From Alphaproteobacteria bacterium (lineage in GTDB: Bacteria; Pseudomonadota; Alphaproteobacteria; CAAHEQ01; UBA3637), in NCBI GenBank assembly GCA_045611665.1, contig JAZKXP010000006.1:1-60283 (forward strand): DNA of 60,283 nucleotides, in the 5' to 3' direction. The position numbers and the translations under genes are program-made. Position 1 is the first letter of the stretch. Every line of letters starts with the position of its first letter. Shown here in pieces: positions 27,286 to 36,214 of this stretch. The notes beneath the pieces were generated by a model. That model worked only from the letters and a program-made list of their open reading frames with translations. It was not told the origin of the DNA and ran no database searches.

Positions 27286-28095
27286 TTACAACCCAAAATC
27301 GAATTTAAATCCTTGAGATTCCAGTAAATCCATGACTTTGGCTAAAAACGCCTGTTCTTTCGGATTTACGTCACCATTGGCCATAATGACATTAATTAAA
27401 GCCTCTATAAACGGTTGCAGTACGGATTTATCTTTGGCTAAAACTTTTTGAAAGGCCATACCGGCACTAGGTGCATCCGGTGCGATGGAGATGAGATACT
27501 CATCCAGTTCTGTATCTGTATAGTTTAAATTCGGCGTTTGAGCCCGTACATATTTTGCAACGGTATTTCGTTCCGTTTTTTCACGAATGCCGTCAATTGC
27601 CACAACGTACATTAATACCGTTATTTCATTATGCATTTGTTCAATTACTTTAGCAAATTCGGATAATTTTTCGGGTAAAATATCATCTGCCACGGTGATA
27701 CCTAATTTATCTTGTAAAAAACGATAGGCATTATCATAAATTCGCCCCGACCCAATATCTCGAATTTGATCAATTTGTGACACTTTTACCAATCTCGGCG
27801 CACGAATATCCGTTGCCAGACCGTCAATATAAATTTCATTTTTTCCTTGAATGACCCGTCGAATCAGAAAATCTCTGTCTTTGTAGTTTCCACTGATAGA
27901 TTTATATGTAATACCGACCAACATAGAAACACCGACACGTGTTTCATGACCGGAATGTAATGTTTCATGAATTTCTGACGGTATTTGACCGGGTAAAGGA
28001 CTGCCGATTGGGGGTGGAGAAGGGATAATAACCCCGTTTCCTGATGATAAATCTTGTAGGGCTTGCAAAACTTCAGTAGTTGATGTTACGGTCAT
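27286..28095 (-). CDS. WYL-like + TerB-like two-domain protein
   Basis: The central ITYKSISGNYKDRDFLIRRVIQGKNEIYIDGLATDIRAPRLVKVSQI resembles a WYL domain. The C-terminal half (VVAIDGIREKTE...IMANGDVNPKEQAFLAKVMDLL) resembles two TerB/DjlA-N helical repeats. Last gene of the MoxR operon. Confidence 0.45.
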   Translation of the reverse strand: MTVTSTTEVLQALQDLSSGNGVIIPSPPPIGSPLPGQIPSEIHETLHSGHETRVGVSMLVGITYKSISGNYKDRDFLIRRVIQGKNEIYIDGLATDIRAPRLVKVSQIDQIRDIGSGRIYDNAYRFLQDKLGITVADDILPEKLSEFAKVIEQMHNEITVLMYVVAIDGIREKTERNTVAKYVRAQTPNLNYTDTELDEYLISIAPDAPSAGMAFQKVLAKDKSVLQPFIEALINVIMANGDVNPKEQAFLAKVMDLLESQGFKFDFGL

Positions 28096-28570
28096 TTTTT
28101 TTATCCTTCAGTATATTATTGAGTAATAAATGTGTTGCTTTATAAATGGCCTGAGCGGTTACCGATGTGCTTTTATTATCAGGCAAATAAGTCGAATATG
28201 TAATAAATTTTATAACAGTTGGGTCAATTTTTGAGTGGGCGTGAGCCGATAAAAAACGTTCCCACATTTCATCGGATAATGCCGCTACTTTTTCGGCAGA
28301 AAATCGTAAAATAGCCGCTCGTTTTAACAGTTTACTGACCTCTTTTGCCAATTTTGCAGCAGAGTCATTTTGTTTTTTTAATTTTTTAAGTTCTCGTTGT
28401 GCATATGATAACGGGGAAAAATAATGGTGTACAACGATACTGATAAAACCCAGTATCAAAATCAGACCGATAACAATAACAATCCACCATCCGACTGCCA
28501 ATGGCCAGACAGGCGGTTTCGCAGGTAAGATAATATCTTTTAAGCCGGATAAATCAATTTGAGGTGTCAC
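28073..28570 (-). CDS. DUF4381-like membrane protein
   Basis: LKDIILPAKPPVWPLAVGWWIVIVIGLILIL is the usual DUF4381 N-terminus found after MoxR/DUF58. Confidence 0.6.
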   Translation of the reverse strand: MTPQIDLSGLKDIILPAKPPVWPLAVGWWIVIVIGLILILGFISIVVHHYFSPLSYAQRELKKLKKQNDSAAKLAKEVSKLLKRAAILRFSAEKVAALSDEMWERFLSAHAHSKIDPTVIKFITYSTYLPDNKSTSVTAQAIYKATHLLLNNILKDKKNDRNINY

Positions 28571-29487
28571 GTTGTTTTCCCTTCACAATAACGACTGAGC
28601 ATATCGATGTACGCTTCATCGGTTCGTATCGGCAAATATCCCAATTGATAGGTGTTCACGGCATTACCGACAATGGATTGTATTTTTGTAAATGAATCGG
28701 AAAATAATTTGCGATTGGTTTTATCTTGCATATCGGCCATAAAAGCATGTACGCCGTCCGTAATCGGTAAAACAGCAGCCGGCATTTTTTCTTCCATTGT
28801 ATCGAAAATATGGATTAAGGATACATCTGCTTTTTTTGAGATTTGCCCTAAACTTTGAACGGCGCTAGGAGTTATATCGTGAAAATCGCTGAAAATAAAA
28901 ATGGATGCCCCCTTAGGCGCTAATGATCCGACACGGCTGATTGTTTGTTCGAATGTGATGATGTCTTGTGACAGATGTAAAGGATGCGTGGCTTCACTGA
29001 GTTCAGGCAGTAAGGCGCTGACAACTTGGGTTCCGCTGCCGATTGGTGTGGCTTTTAACATGTCCGGCAATATTAAAATTGACCGTAACACATTTCCTTT
29101 TTGAATGGCTGTCCACGCCAAGAATGTAGCCATCTTAGCGCTTAAAACGGACTTAAAATCCCCTTGAGTGGCGAATTTCATAGAGGTGCGTAAGTCGCAT
29201 ACTAAAATAACTTGTCGTTGTTTTTCATCTGTATATAATTTTGTAAATGGTTTTCCATACTTTGCCGTCACACGCCAATCAATTTGTCGTACATCATCGC
29301 CGGCTTGATATTGACGCACTTCAGAAAAGTCCATGCCTTTGGTTTTAAAGGGAGATTTGCTGATACCCGTTCCGGTTAAAGCTTGTTTTTTTGTTTGAGG
29401 TAAGCCCAGTAATGCAGCTTTTTTTTGCAGAGCGGTCAGGGCTGATACAGAGGCAAAAACAGAGCTATTGACAGGTGGGTGTTTCAT
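28567..29487 (-). CDS. DUF58 (vWA-like) protein
   Basis: VRQYQAGDDVRQIDWRVTAK signature. Translationally coupled to MoxR. Confidence 0.8.
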   Translation of the reverse strand: MKHPPVNSSVFASVSALTALQKKAALLGLPQTKKQALTGTGISKSPFKTKGMDFSEVRQYQAGDDVRQIDWRVTAKYGKPFTKLYTDEKQRQVILVCDLRTSMKFATQGDFKSVLSAKMATFLAWTAIQKGNVLRSILILPDMLKATPIGSGTQVVSALLPELSEATHPLHLSQDIITFEQTISRVGSLAPKGASIFIFSDFHDITPSAVQSLGQISKKADVSLIHIFDTMEEKMPAAVLPITDGVHAFMADMQDKTNRKLFSDSFTKIQSIVGNAVNTYQLGYLPIRTDEAYIDMLSRYCEGKTT

Positions 29488-30446
29488 TATGGCATTGGTA
29501 CCTTTTGCAAGAGCATATCAATAATTTTATCCGATGTGTATCCTTCGGATTTGGCTTCAAATGATAAAATAACGCGGTGGCGTAAAACATCTTTAACAAC
29601 TGCATGAATATCAGACGGCATCACAAAATCACGGTTATTTAACCAAGCCATGGCGCGAGAAACGATATCTAATGCAATGGTTCCTCGTGGGGACGATCCG
29701 AAAGCGATTAAGCGACCTAAATCTTTATCATAAGCGCTTGGGTTACGGGTAGCCATCACAAATTGGATTAAATATTCTTGTAAGTCCGGTGCCATATACG
29801 TGTCTAAAACTTCATTTTTGGCATCAAAAATAACGCTTTGACGAATTTTGGGGAATGGAGGCAGAGGTTCTTTTTTTTCTTCAGCTTGTATTAATTTTAA
29901 AATTTTGCGTTCTGCTTCAATATCCGGATATCCGATTTTGACATACATTAAAAAACGGTCTAATTGTGCCTCCGGCAAATTGTATGTTCCTTCATTCTCA
30001 ATCGGGTTTTGTGTTGCCATCACCATAAACAATTCTGGCAATTGATATGTTTGATTGCCGATAGTGACTTGGCGTTCTCCCATCGCTTCCAATAAGGCAG
30101 ATTGTACTTTTGCCGGAGCCCGGTTGATTTCATCCGCCAGTACTAAATTTTGGAAAATAGGGCCTTTTTGGAAAAAGAACGTATTTGTTTCCGGTCGAAA
30201 AACATCTGATCCGGTGATGTCGGCCGGTAATAAATCCGGCGTAAATTGGATACGGTGAGAATTGGCTTCGACACAATCAGCCAAAGTTTTGACAGCTTTT
30301 GTTTTTGCCAGCCCCGGGGCCCCTTCAACCAACAAATGACCATCGGCCAATAAGGCAATCAGCAATCGTTCAATTAAAACAGGCTGACCGATAATACGAG
30401 AGTTCATAAAATCTTTTAATGCGAAAAAACTTTCTTTTGGTGTCAT
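29487..30446 (-). CDS. MoxR-family AAA+ ATPase
   Basis: AAA_3: Walker A GAPGLAKT, Walker B LVLADEINRA, ATQNP..EGTY.LPEAQLDRF. Confidence 0.9.
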   Translation of the reverse strand: MTPKESFFALKDFMNSRIIGQPVLIERLLIALLADGHLLVEGAPGLAKTKAVKTLADCVEANSHRIQFTPDLLPADITGSDVFRPETNTFFFQKGPIFQNLVLADEINRAPAKVQSALLEAMGERQVTIGNQTYQLPELFMVMATQNPIENEGTYNLPEAQLDRFLMYVKIGYPDIEAERKILKLIQAEEKKEPLPPFPKIRQSVIFDAKNEVLDTYMAPDLQEYLIQFVMATRNPSAYDKDLGRLIAFGSSPRGTIALDIVSRAMAWLNNRDFVMPSDIHAVVKDVLRHRVILSFEAKSEGYTSDKIIDMLLQKVPMP

Positions 30447-30514
30447 AGACTTATTCCTTTTTTAATTAGTGGTTGCATTTTTATTTTCTTTAATATATAC
30501 TTTTTTTAGCGAGA

Positions 30515-31282
30515 TTGCAAATGAGATTTACGGTATTATCGCCTTATCAAGTCTTTTTTATTGATGAAACCGAAAAATTGTGGACGGTTTTAAAAGATTC
30601 TCGTATCAGATTAATCGGTGCAGTCCCTGCTTTTTCCAATATTTCGGTATCTTATAAAACTTTATGTGGTGTAGAGTTTGACGGAGAGCATACCGTCATT
30701 TTGTCTATGCCTTTTGGATTTGCCGAAGAAAATCCTCATCAATTATTCAGATTGTTCGGATATTGTTATTATCCTACGTTGTTTGAAGGAAAACATCCTA
30801 AGGTAGCTTTGTTAAAGGCCGATTTGCTCAATCGAGCCGGAACGGCTGATTTAATTATTTATGAACGGGCCAGAACGAAGTTTCATCCTTTGGTTAAGTT
30901 GGCGGCTCGTATTATTCCTCCGAAATGGGACGCGCAAAATGGCTTGTTATATTATGTTACGGCCAAAGGAACGTTAGCGCGTACCAACGGAAAAACGGGT
31001 GAAAAATTGGCCGAATCAGCAGATTATTTTTGTTTGAATCGAACGGCAACGGAAATAGCCTATTACGATGGGGAACATATTTACACTGTTTCTTTGGAGA
31101 CGGGTAATACACGTAAGATTATGGCTTTTAATGTGACGGCACTCGGGTATTCGGGTGAGGGGGATGAGCTGTTTTTTGCAACTTCAAACGGCGAAACGCA
31201 TATGATACAAAAGTATAATAAACAAACGGATGAAGTGGATTTAATTGCCCGTGTTGCCGTTGCCGTTAGAATGATATTGTGA
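30515..31282 (+). CDS. hypothetical protein (possible TolB/PD40-like beta-propeller blades)
   Basis: TTG start (ATG 2 codons later). Repeated G..LY/YY....G motifs near the C-terminus. No firm domain call. Confidence 0.45.
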   Translation: MQMRFTVLSPYQVFFIDETEKLWTVLKDSRIRLIGAVPAFSNISVSYKTLCGVEFDGEHTVILSMPFGFAEENPHQLFRLFGYCYYPTLFEGKHPKVALLKADLLNRAGTADLIIYERARTKFHPLVKLAARIIPPKWDAQNGLLYYVTAKGTLARTNGKTGEKLAESADYFCLNRTATEIAYYDGEHIYTVSLETGNTRKIMAFNVTALGYSGEGDELFFATSNGETHMIQKYNKQTDEVDLIARVAVAVRMIL

Positions 31283-31352
31283 TTTTGTGTTTTTTTTATT
31301 GATTCTGATAAAAATACTTGCTCTTGCTTCGGGTATCTGTTATAACAAATGA

Positions 31353-31535
31353 CAGGGCGAGTGATGTGCGCCCCGAGGTATAAGAGCCTCTTTTCAGAAG
31401 CATCTTTTAGGATGAAACGTCTTTCCGGCTTGGCTGGAAGGCGGCCCAATAAGCCTTTTGCGGTCAATAAGCCGCACTATATCTTCTGAAATAGCTCTTA
31501 ACTTCCAGTCGCCACTCATCACGGCGATTTTTTAA
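31353..31535 (+). ncRNA. structured cis-regulatory leader RNA, copy A
   Basis: Promoter TTGCTC (31318-31323)/17 nt/TATAAC (31341-31346). GCCCCGAGG-loop-CCTCTT hairpin (31370-31392). Central hairpin CTTTCCGGC-TTG-GCTGGAAGG (31421-31441). GCTCTTA (31494-31500) is complementary to loop TAAGAGC (31381-31387). 3' box ACTTCCAG (31501-31508). Terminator TCGCC..GGCGA plus T6 (31509-31533). The GGAGG RBS and TTG start of 31548 follow. Confidence 0.75.
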
Positions 31536-31547
31536 TGGAGGTTTATT

Positions 31548-32906
31548 TTGAAACGTGATTTTGACTCCGGTCGGTCTATGGTGGAAATCATTGGCGTGAT
31601 GGCGGTGATGGGCGTTTTAATTATCGGCGGAATAGCCGGATACAAATACGCCATAGACAAAGCCAAAGCGAATCACATTATGAAAGATGTAGAACTGGCA
31701 TATGTGGCTGTATCTGCCTCCCCTGACCGAGAAAATATCGGCCTTACCGAATATACCGATGCCGTCAGCGGTTTTCCGACTTTTACAGAATGCATTATAG
31801 ATAAAGACTTTCAAGCAGATATTATCTTAGTCAAACACGTTCCTGAATCGGTCTGTGACAAAGTGTTGGAAATGGCCGAACCGACGCAGTGGATTGTTTC
31901 TTCGGTGGAAACGGATACGAATTATCTGTACCCGTTGACGGAATGTTCGGATACAAATGCATTAGTATTTTCTTTAGCCGATATACGCGATTTTGCATAC
32001 ACTTGCGATAAAGAATGTCCCGCAAATATGATGTGTGGCGTGAATGATGATTGTATTTGTGCCTATGGGTACAAGGCTGATGAAACAGGGACTTGTCAAG
32101 AAATTCAATGTGATGAAACGACAGAAGTCACTTGCACTTTTGACAGAGGGGAAAAATGGTGTTGCCCATACAATACATTCTGCAGCGAAACCCAAATCGG
32201 ACAATGTATTCCCTCAGATGGGTCATGTATTTATTACTTTTATGGTAATGGTAATACAGATTCTAAATATACAACAAATTGTAGTTACTTTGTTGCCGCC
32301 CAAGATACTGTCGAAAAAAATGGAACGAATTGCAGTTATATTATCAGTAGTTCTGGTACAGTAACATCCAACCAAGAATGTCCAGAAAAAAATCATTATT
32401 GCGCACTGATTTGGACAAAAGCAAGTTGGGAGGGAAATGAACAAGAGCCTATTGCATCTGGTAATTTTACTGGAACAATCTATGGTAAATGTCAATCAAT
32501 GGCGGCTTTTGAACGAACACCCGTCGTCTCATACAAAGAAGGAAAGTCAATGATTTACCCAAATATTGAATGTCCAGAAAAAAATCATTATTGTGCACTG
32601 ATTTGGACAAAAGAAAATTGGGAAGGAAATGAACAAGAGCCTATTGCATCTGGTAATTTTACTGGAACAATCTATGGTAAATGTCAATCAATGGCGGCTT
32701 TTGAACAAACACCTATTATGAAACACAATGATGCCAATCCTTTAAATTATCGTGTTGAAAAAGAATGTCCTCAAAAGCAATATTGCCATTTACAATGGTC
32801 AAATGAAATCTGCGAAATAGCTCCTGCAGATATAACTGGCCCAATATATGGAGCATGCGCGAGCATGAACACCTCAAATAAAGCTTGTCCCATAAAATCA
32901 GAATAA
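31548..32906 (+). CDS. Cys-rich protein with type IV pilin-like class III signal (sub-family A)
   Basis: TTG start 7 nt after GGAGG. MKRDFDSG|RSMVEIIGVMAVMGVLIIGGIAGYKYA. Head domain and three C-terminal ~64-aa repeats homologous to 1642..3069. Confidence 0.8.
   Translation: MKRDFDSGRSMVEIIGVMAVMGVLIIGGIAGYKYAIDKAKANHIMKDVELAYVAVSASPDRENIGLTEYTDAVSGFPTFTECIIDKDFQADIILVKHVPESVCDKVLEMAEPTQWIVSSVETDTNYLYPLTECSDTNALVFSLADIRDFAYTCDKECPANMMCGVNDDCICAYGYKADETGTCQEIQCDETTEVTCTFDRGEKWCCPYNTFCSETQIGQCIPSDGSCIYYFYGNGNTDSKYTTNCSYFVAAQDTVEKNGTNCSYIISSSGTVTSNQECPEKNHYCALIWTKASWEGNEQEPIASGNFTGTIYGKCQSMAAFERTPVVSYKEGKSMIYPNIECPEKNHYCALIWTKENWEGNEQEPIASGNFTGTIYGKCQSMAAFEQTPIMKHNDANPLNYRVEKECPQKQYCHLQWSNEICEIAPADITGPIYGACASMNTSNKACPIKSE
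32376..32900 (+). repeat. three tandem ~192-195-bp coding repeats; units 1 and 2 nearly identical
   Basis: Units start at about 32376, 32568 and 32763. Units 1 and 2 share a ~145-nt stretch with only a handful of mismatches (ECPEKNHYCALIWTK..WEGNEQEPIASGNFTGTIYGKCQSMAAFE). Confidence 0.85.
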
Positions 32907-32933
32907 ATAACTTTATAAAAGAAAGGCAAATAT

Positions 32934-33338
32934 ATGAAAAAAGTACTCATACTAATATGTATTATTTTAACAATATTTAATATTACATCAGTGCATGCGG
33001 AATCTTGTGCTGGTGGACATGGTACAATTCAAACTGGTATAAATGGCAAAAAGTATTGCGCCAGCAAAAATACTTTAAATTGGTGGAGCGCTCATGCTTG
33101 GTGTCGAAAAGCCGAAGGATTTTCTGAACTACTAACCATGGAAGATTGTGATTGTACTGGTTATGATGAATGTGATACAACATTAAGTTGTCCAAATTTA
33201 AAAAATATTTATGAAAGTTGGTCTGGTATTCCTGCGGGAAAAGATAACGCATATTATTTTTCGTATGGAGCCGTCAAACATCCTGGCCCTCTTGGAAGAT
33301 ATCGAAATTGGGGGGGCTATAGAGCACTATGTAAATAA
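32934..33338 (+). CDS. small secreted Cys-rich C-type-lectin-like protein
   Basis: Signal peptide. KYCASKNTLNWWSAHAWCRKAEGF...YRALCK pattern. Paralog of 43109..43555. 27 nt downstream of the pilin-like gene, so probably co-transcribed. Confidence 0.7.
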   Translation: MKKVLILICIILTIFNITSVHAESCAGGHGTIQTGINGKKYCASKNTLNWWSAHAWCRKAEGFSELLTMEDCDCTGYDECDTTLSCPNLKNIYESWSGIPAGKDNAYYFSYGAVKHPGPLGRYRNWGGYRALCK

Positions 33339-33447
33339 TTTTTCACTTTTGATTTTCTTTTATCCCCCATCAATGGGGGATTTTTTGTGCCATATATACA
33401 AAAAAAATACGCCGGCAAAACCGGCGTATCGTTATTCAAACCCCATC

Positions 33448-34086
33448 TTAACTGCGGTTAATCAAGGTAATTTCTACACGGCGGTTTTGTTCACGTCCGG
33501 CGGCGGTCGCATTGGACGCAATCGGATTTTGACTGCCCATACCGTCCGTCACGATGCGGTTGCCGTCAACACCTTGCAAACGCAAGTAATTAGACACCGC
33601 ATTGGCACGGCGCAAAGACAAGGCATTGTTTGTCGCGGCAGACCCCGTAGAATCCGTATAACCGATAATTTCCACCATTGTTTTGTTGTATTCGTTAATG
33701 ACTTTGGCAACAGAATTTAACACTGGTTGAAACTGAGCTCTAATAACCGCTTCATTCGTTCCAAATGTCACATTCCCCGGCATAATCAAATAAACACGGT
33801 CACCTTCTTGAGCCACTTGTACACCTGTTCCTTGTAATTCCAAACGCAATTTTTTGGCTTGAGCATCCATATAGGCCCCTGTACCAAGACCGGCAGCAGC
33901 CCCAACACCTGCACCGATTAAAGCGCCTTTTTTACCACCGGCAATAGCTCCGATACCGGCACCGACAGCCGTTCCGATACCTGTTCCCCAAGCCGTTTTA
34001 GATACTTGGCTTTGACCCGTGTACGGATTAGTCGCACATGCCGATAAAAAGGCAACCAAACAAATACTTGCAATTATTTTTTTCAT
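33448..34086 (-). CDS. OmpA-family lipoprotein with glycine-zipper (YiaD/Omp16-like)
   Basis: Lipobox FLSAC, Gly-zipper GIGTAVGAGIGAIAGG, OmpA_C motif GYTDSTGSAATNNALSLRRANAV. Confidence 0.85.
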   Translation of the reverse strand: MKKIIASICLVAFLSACATNPYTGQSQVSKTAWGTGIGTAVGAGIGAIAGGKKGALIGAGVGAAAGLGTGAYMDAQAKKLRLELQGTGVQVAQEGDRVYLIMPGNVTFGTNEAVIRAQFQPVLNSVAKVINEYNKTMVEIIGYTDSTGSAATNNALSLRRANAVSNYLRLQGVDGNRIVTDGMGSQNPIASNATAAGREQNRRVEITLINRS

Positions 34087-34253
34087 ATTATTTTCTCCTG
34101 TTGTTTAAAATCATATGTCTATTTTATTAAGTTTATGACCTCTGTCAAGATGTTTTTATCGGATTTTATTTATTTCAAAAGTCTATATTGCCGTTGGTAT
34201 CAAAAATGCCTACTTAAGATACAGGCTGATTATCAAAAAAAGGGGGGAATAAA

Positions 34254-35018
34254 ATGCCGCAATCGAAAAAAAATGAAATTCACCGAGAAACGTGTGTATG
34301 TCCTATGTCTATTCCGTTAATTGGAGATAAAGCGCCGGCGTTTGAGGCCGAAACAACGAAAGGGTTGCTTCGATTTCCGGAAGATTATCAGGGCCGATGG
34401 GTGATTTTATTTTCTCATCCGGCCGACTTTACACCCGTTTGTACAACGGAATTTATTATGTTTGCCAATTTATTGGAAGAATTTCGTCAGATGAATGCCG
34501 AACTGATCGGATTGTCCGTGGATAGTTTATCCAGCCATATTGCTTGGTTGTATGCAATTGAACAAGAAGTTAAATTTAAAGGGCATAAAAATGTCAAAAT
34601 AGACTTTCCTCTCATTGCCGATTTAAGCACACACATTGCAAAAAAATATGGTATGCTTCATCCGAATGCCAGTACGACAAAAGCCGTACGAGCCGTTTTT
34701 TTTATTGATCCGGAAGGGATTATTCGGACGATTTTATACTATCCGGCTTCTACAGGGCGTAATTTTTCAGAAATGAAACGCATTCTATCCAGTTTGCAAC
34801 TAACTGATATGTACGGGGTTTCTACTCCGGCTGATTGGTGTCCGGGAGATGATGTCATTGTGCCCAATCCTTCTACTTTAGAAGAAGCCGCAGCTGCGCA
34901 TAATCGTAATGCTCAATCGACAGAGGTGTGGTTTTTATCTTTAGAACCGATGCCGACCGAGGCACCCCAAAAGGAAAACAAAAAGAAATGGTCCGGGTGT
35001 AAAAAGAGTAAAAAATGA
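34254..35018 (+). CDS. 1-Cys/Prx6-type peroxiredoxin
   Basis: GDKAP.F.A.T..G...F.......W..LFSHPADFTPVCTTE. Strong RBS AGGGGGGAA before ATG 34254. Confidence 0.85.
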   Translation: MPQSKKNEIHRETCVCPMSIPLIGDKAPAFEAETTKGLLRFPEDYQGRWVILFSHPADFTPVCTTEFIMFANLLEEFRQMNAELIGLSVDSLSSHIAWLYAIEQEVKFKGHKNVKIDFPLIADLSTHIAKKYGMLHPNASTTKAVRAVFFIDPEGIIRTILYYPASTGRNFSEMKRILSSLQLTDMYGVSTPADWCPGDDVIVPNPSTLEEAAAAHNRNAQSTEVWFLSLEPMPTEAPQKENKKKWSGCKKSKK

Positions 35019-36214
35019 CACGGACTCAGCCTGTTAAAAAATTCGGTCTTGGATTGTGGAGTGCTGTTTCACTGGGAATAGGGTCTATTATTGGCGCCGG
35101 TATTTTTGCTTTATTGGGACAAGTGGTTTTATTGGCGGGAGATAAAACCTATTTATCTTTTTTGGTTTCCGGTATTATTGCATGTTTATGCGGATATACG
35201 TATGCAAAATTAGCCGCTGTTTATCCCGATTCCGGAGGGTTAACGGATTATTTTCATAATGCTTTTAAATCTAAATTAGTATCCGGAAGCTTATCGTTAA
35301 TTTATTATTTTACGTCGGCGGTTTCTATTTGTACGATGGCAAAATCTTTTGGCCTTTATATGGATCAGTTATTGCCTCATACATTTTTGCCACATTTGGT
35401 CGTTAATGTGTGCGCTGCCGGATTAATTGTTGCGTTGGGTTTTTTGAATATGTTGACGTCATCTGATGTCGGCCGGGTGGAAACGATTTTGGTGTCTTTA
35501 AAGGTTGGGATTATGTGCTTATTAGTTGCGGCTGCCGTTTATCAGTTTGATTTTCGTTTCCATGCACACCCGATTAAACCGACAACTATGGATTTTTTTC
35601 GTAGCGTAGGTATTACATTTTTTGCCTATGCCGGATTTGGTGTGATTACGAATGCGGCAGCCGATGTAAAAAATCCGCAAAAAACAATTACACACGCGAT
35701 TTATTTAACGTTGGGAATAGTTGCTTTACTGTATATGGGATTGGCATTCGTCGTCTTAAACTATGTTCCGATGGCCGAATTTTATAAAAATACGGATACG
35801 GCTGTGGCTGTGGCGGCCAATAAATTATTAGGACGGGCCGGATATGGCGTTTTATATGTTGCCGCCATCATGGCTTTTATATCCGGTATCAGCGCCACTT
35901 TTTTCAGCATTTTCCGCATTTCCCGTTCTTTGGCCTATCAAGGTGTTATGCCGAAAATTTATAAAGAAAAGTTTTGGCATAAAGGTAGTTACGGTAATTT
36001 TTTAACGGTTTGTCTGGTGACATTAGCCACAATTTTATTTGATTTTAATGCTATCGTTAATTTATCCAGCGGAGCTTATTTAGTCAGCTATTTGAGTATT
36101 TTTATCGCAGGTTTTGTTTTGCGTAAAAAAACACAAATCAGTGTTCCGATTGTGGCAACCGGTTTTATGTTAATGAGTGGTGTTTTAATCGGATTTTTAA
36201 TCAGCTTAAGTTAA
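35015..36214 (+). CDS. APC-superfamily amino acid permease
   Basis: 12-TM protein. N-terminal GSIIGAGIFALLG motif. Confidence 0.75.
   Translation: MTRTQPVKKFGLGLWSAVSLGIGSIIGAGIFALLGQVVLLAGDKTYLSFLVSGIIACLCGYTYAKLAAVYPDSGGLTDYFHNAFKSKLVSGSLSLIYYFTSAVSICTMAKSFGLYMDQLLPHTFLPHLVVNVCAAGLIVALGFLNMLTSSDVGRVETILVSLKVGIMCLLVAAAVYQFDFRFHAHPIKPTTMDFFRSVGITFFAYAGFGVITNAAADVKNPQKTITHAIYLTLGIVALLYMGLAFVVLNYVPMAEFYKNTDTAVAVAANKLLGRAGYGVLYVAAIMAFISGISATFFSIFRISRSLAYQGVMPKIYKEKFWHKGSYGNFLTVCLVTLATILFDFNAIVNLSSGAYLVSYLSIFIAGFVLRKKTQISVPIVATGFMLMSGVLIGFLISLS

Noticed and set aside
27286-30446. MoxR/DUF58/WYL cluster as an anti-phage defence system
   Set aside because: MoxR-DUF58-DUF4381 is a widespread housekeeping-type (Bat-like) module. 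No nuclease, NTPase-effector or other defence hallmark is adjacent. Only the WYL-like domain hints at sensing.
31081-31467. 128-aa minus-strand ORF
   Set aside because: It overlaps the 3' end of 30515..31282 and leader RNA copy A in antisense, with no support beyond being open.
31353-31535. Interpretation of the four ~185-nt elements as MITE/REP-type mobile repeats
   Set aside because: There are no terminal inverted repeats or target-site duplications. All four copies are oriented with the downstream gene and carry a promoter and terminator. Sequence identity is limited to the pairing boxes, with compensatory substitutions. This cannot be excluded fully without genome-wide copy analysis.
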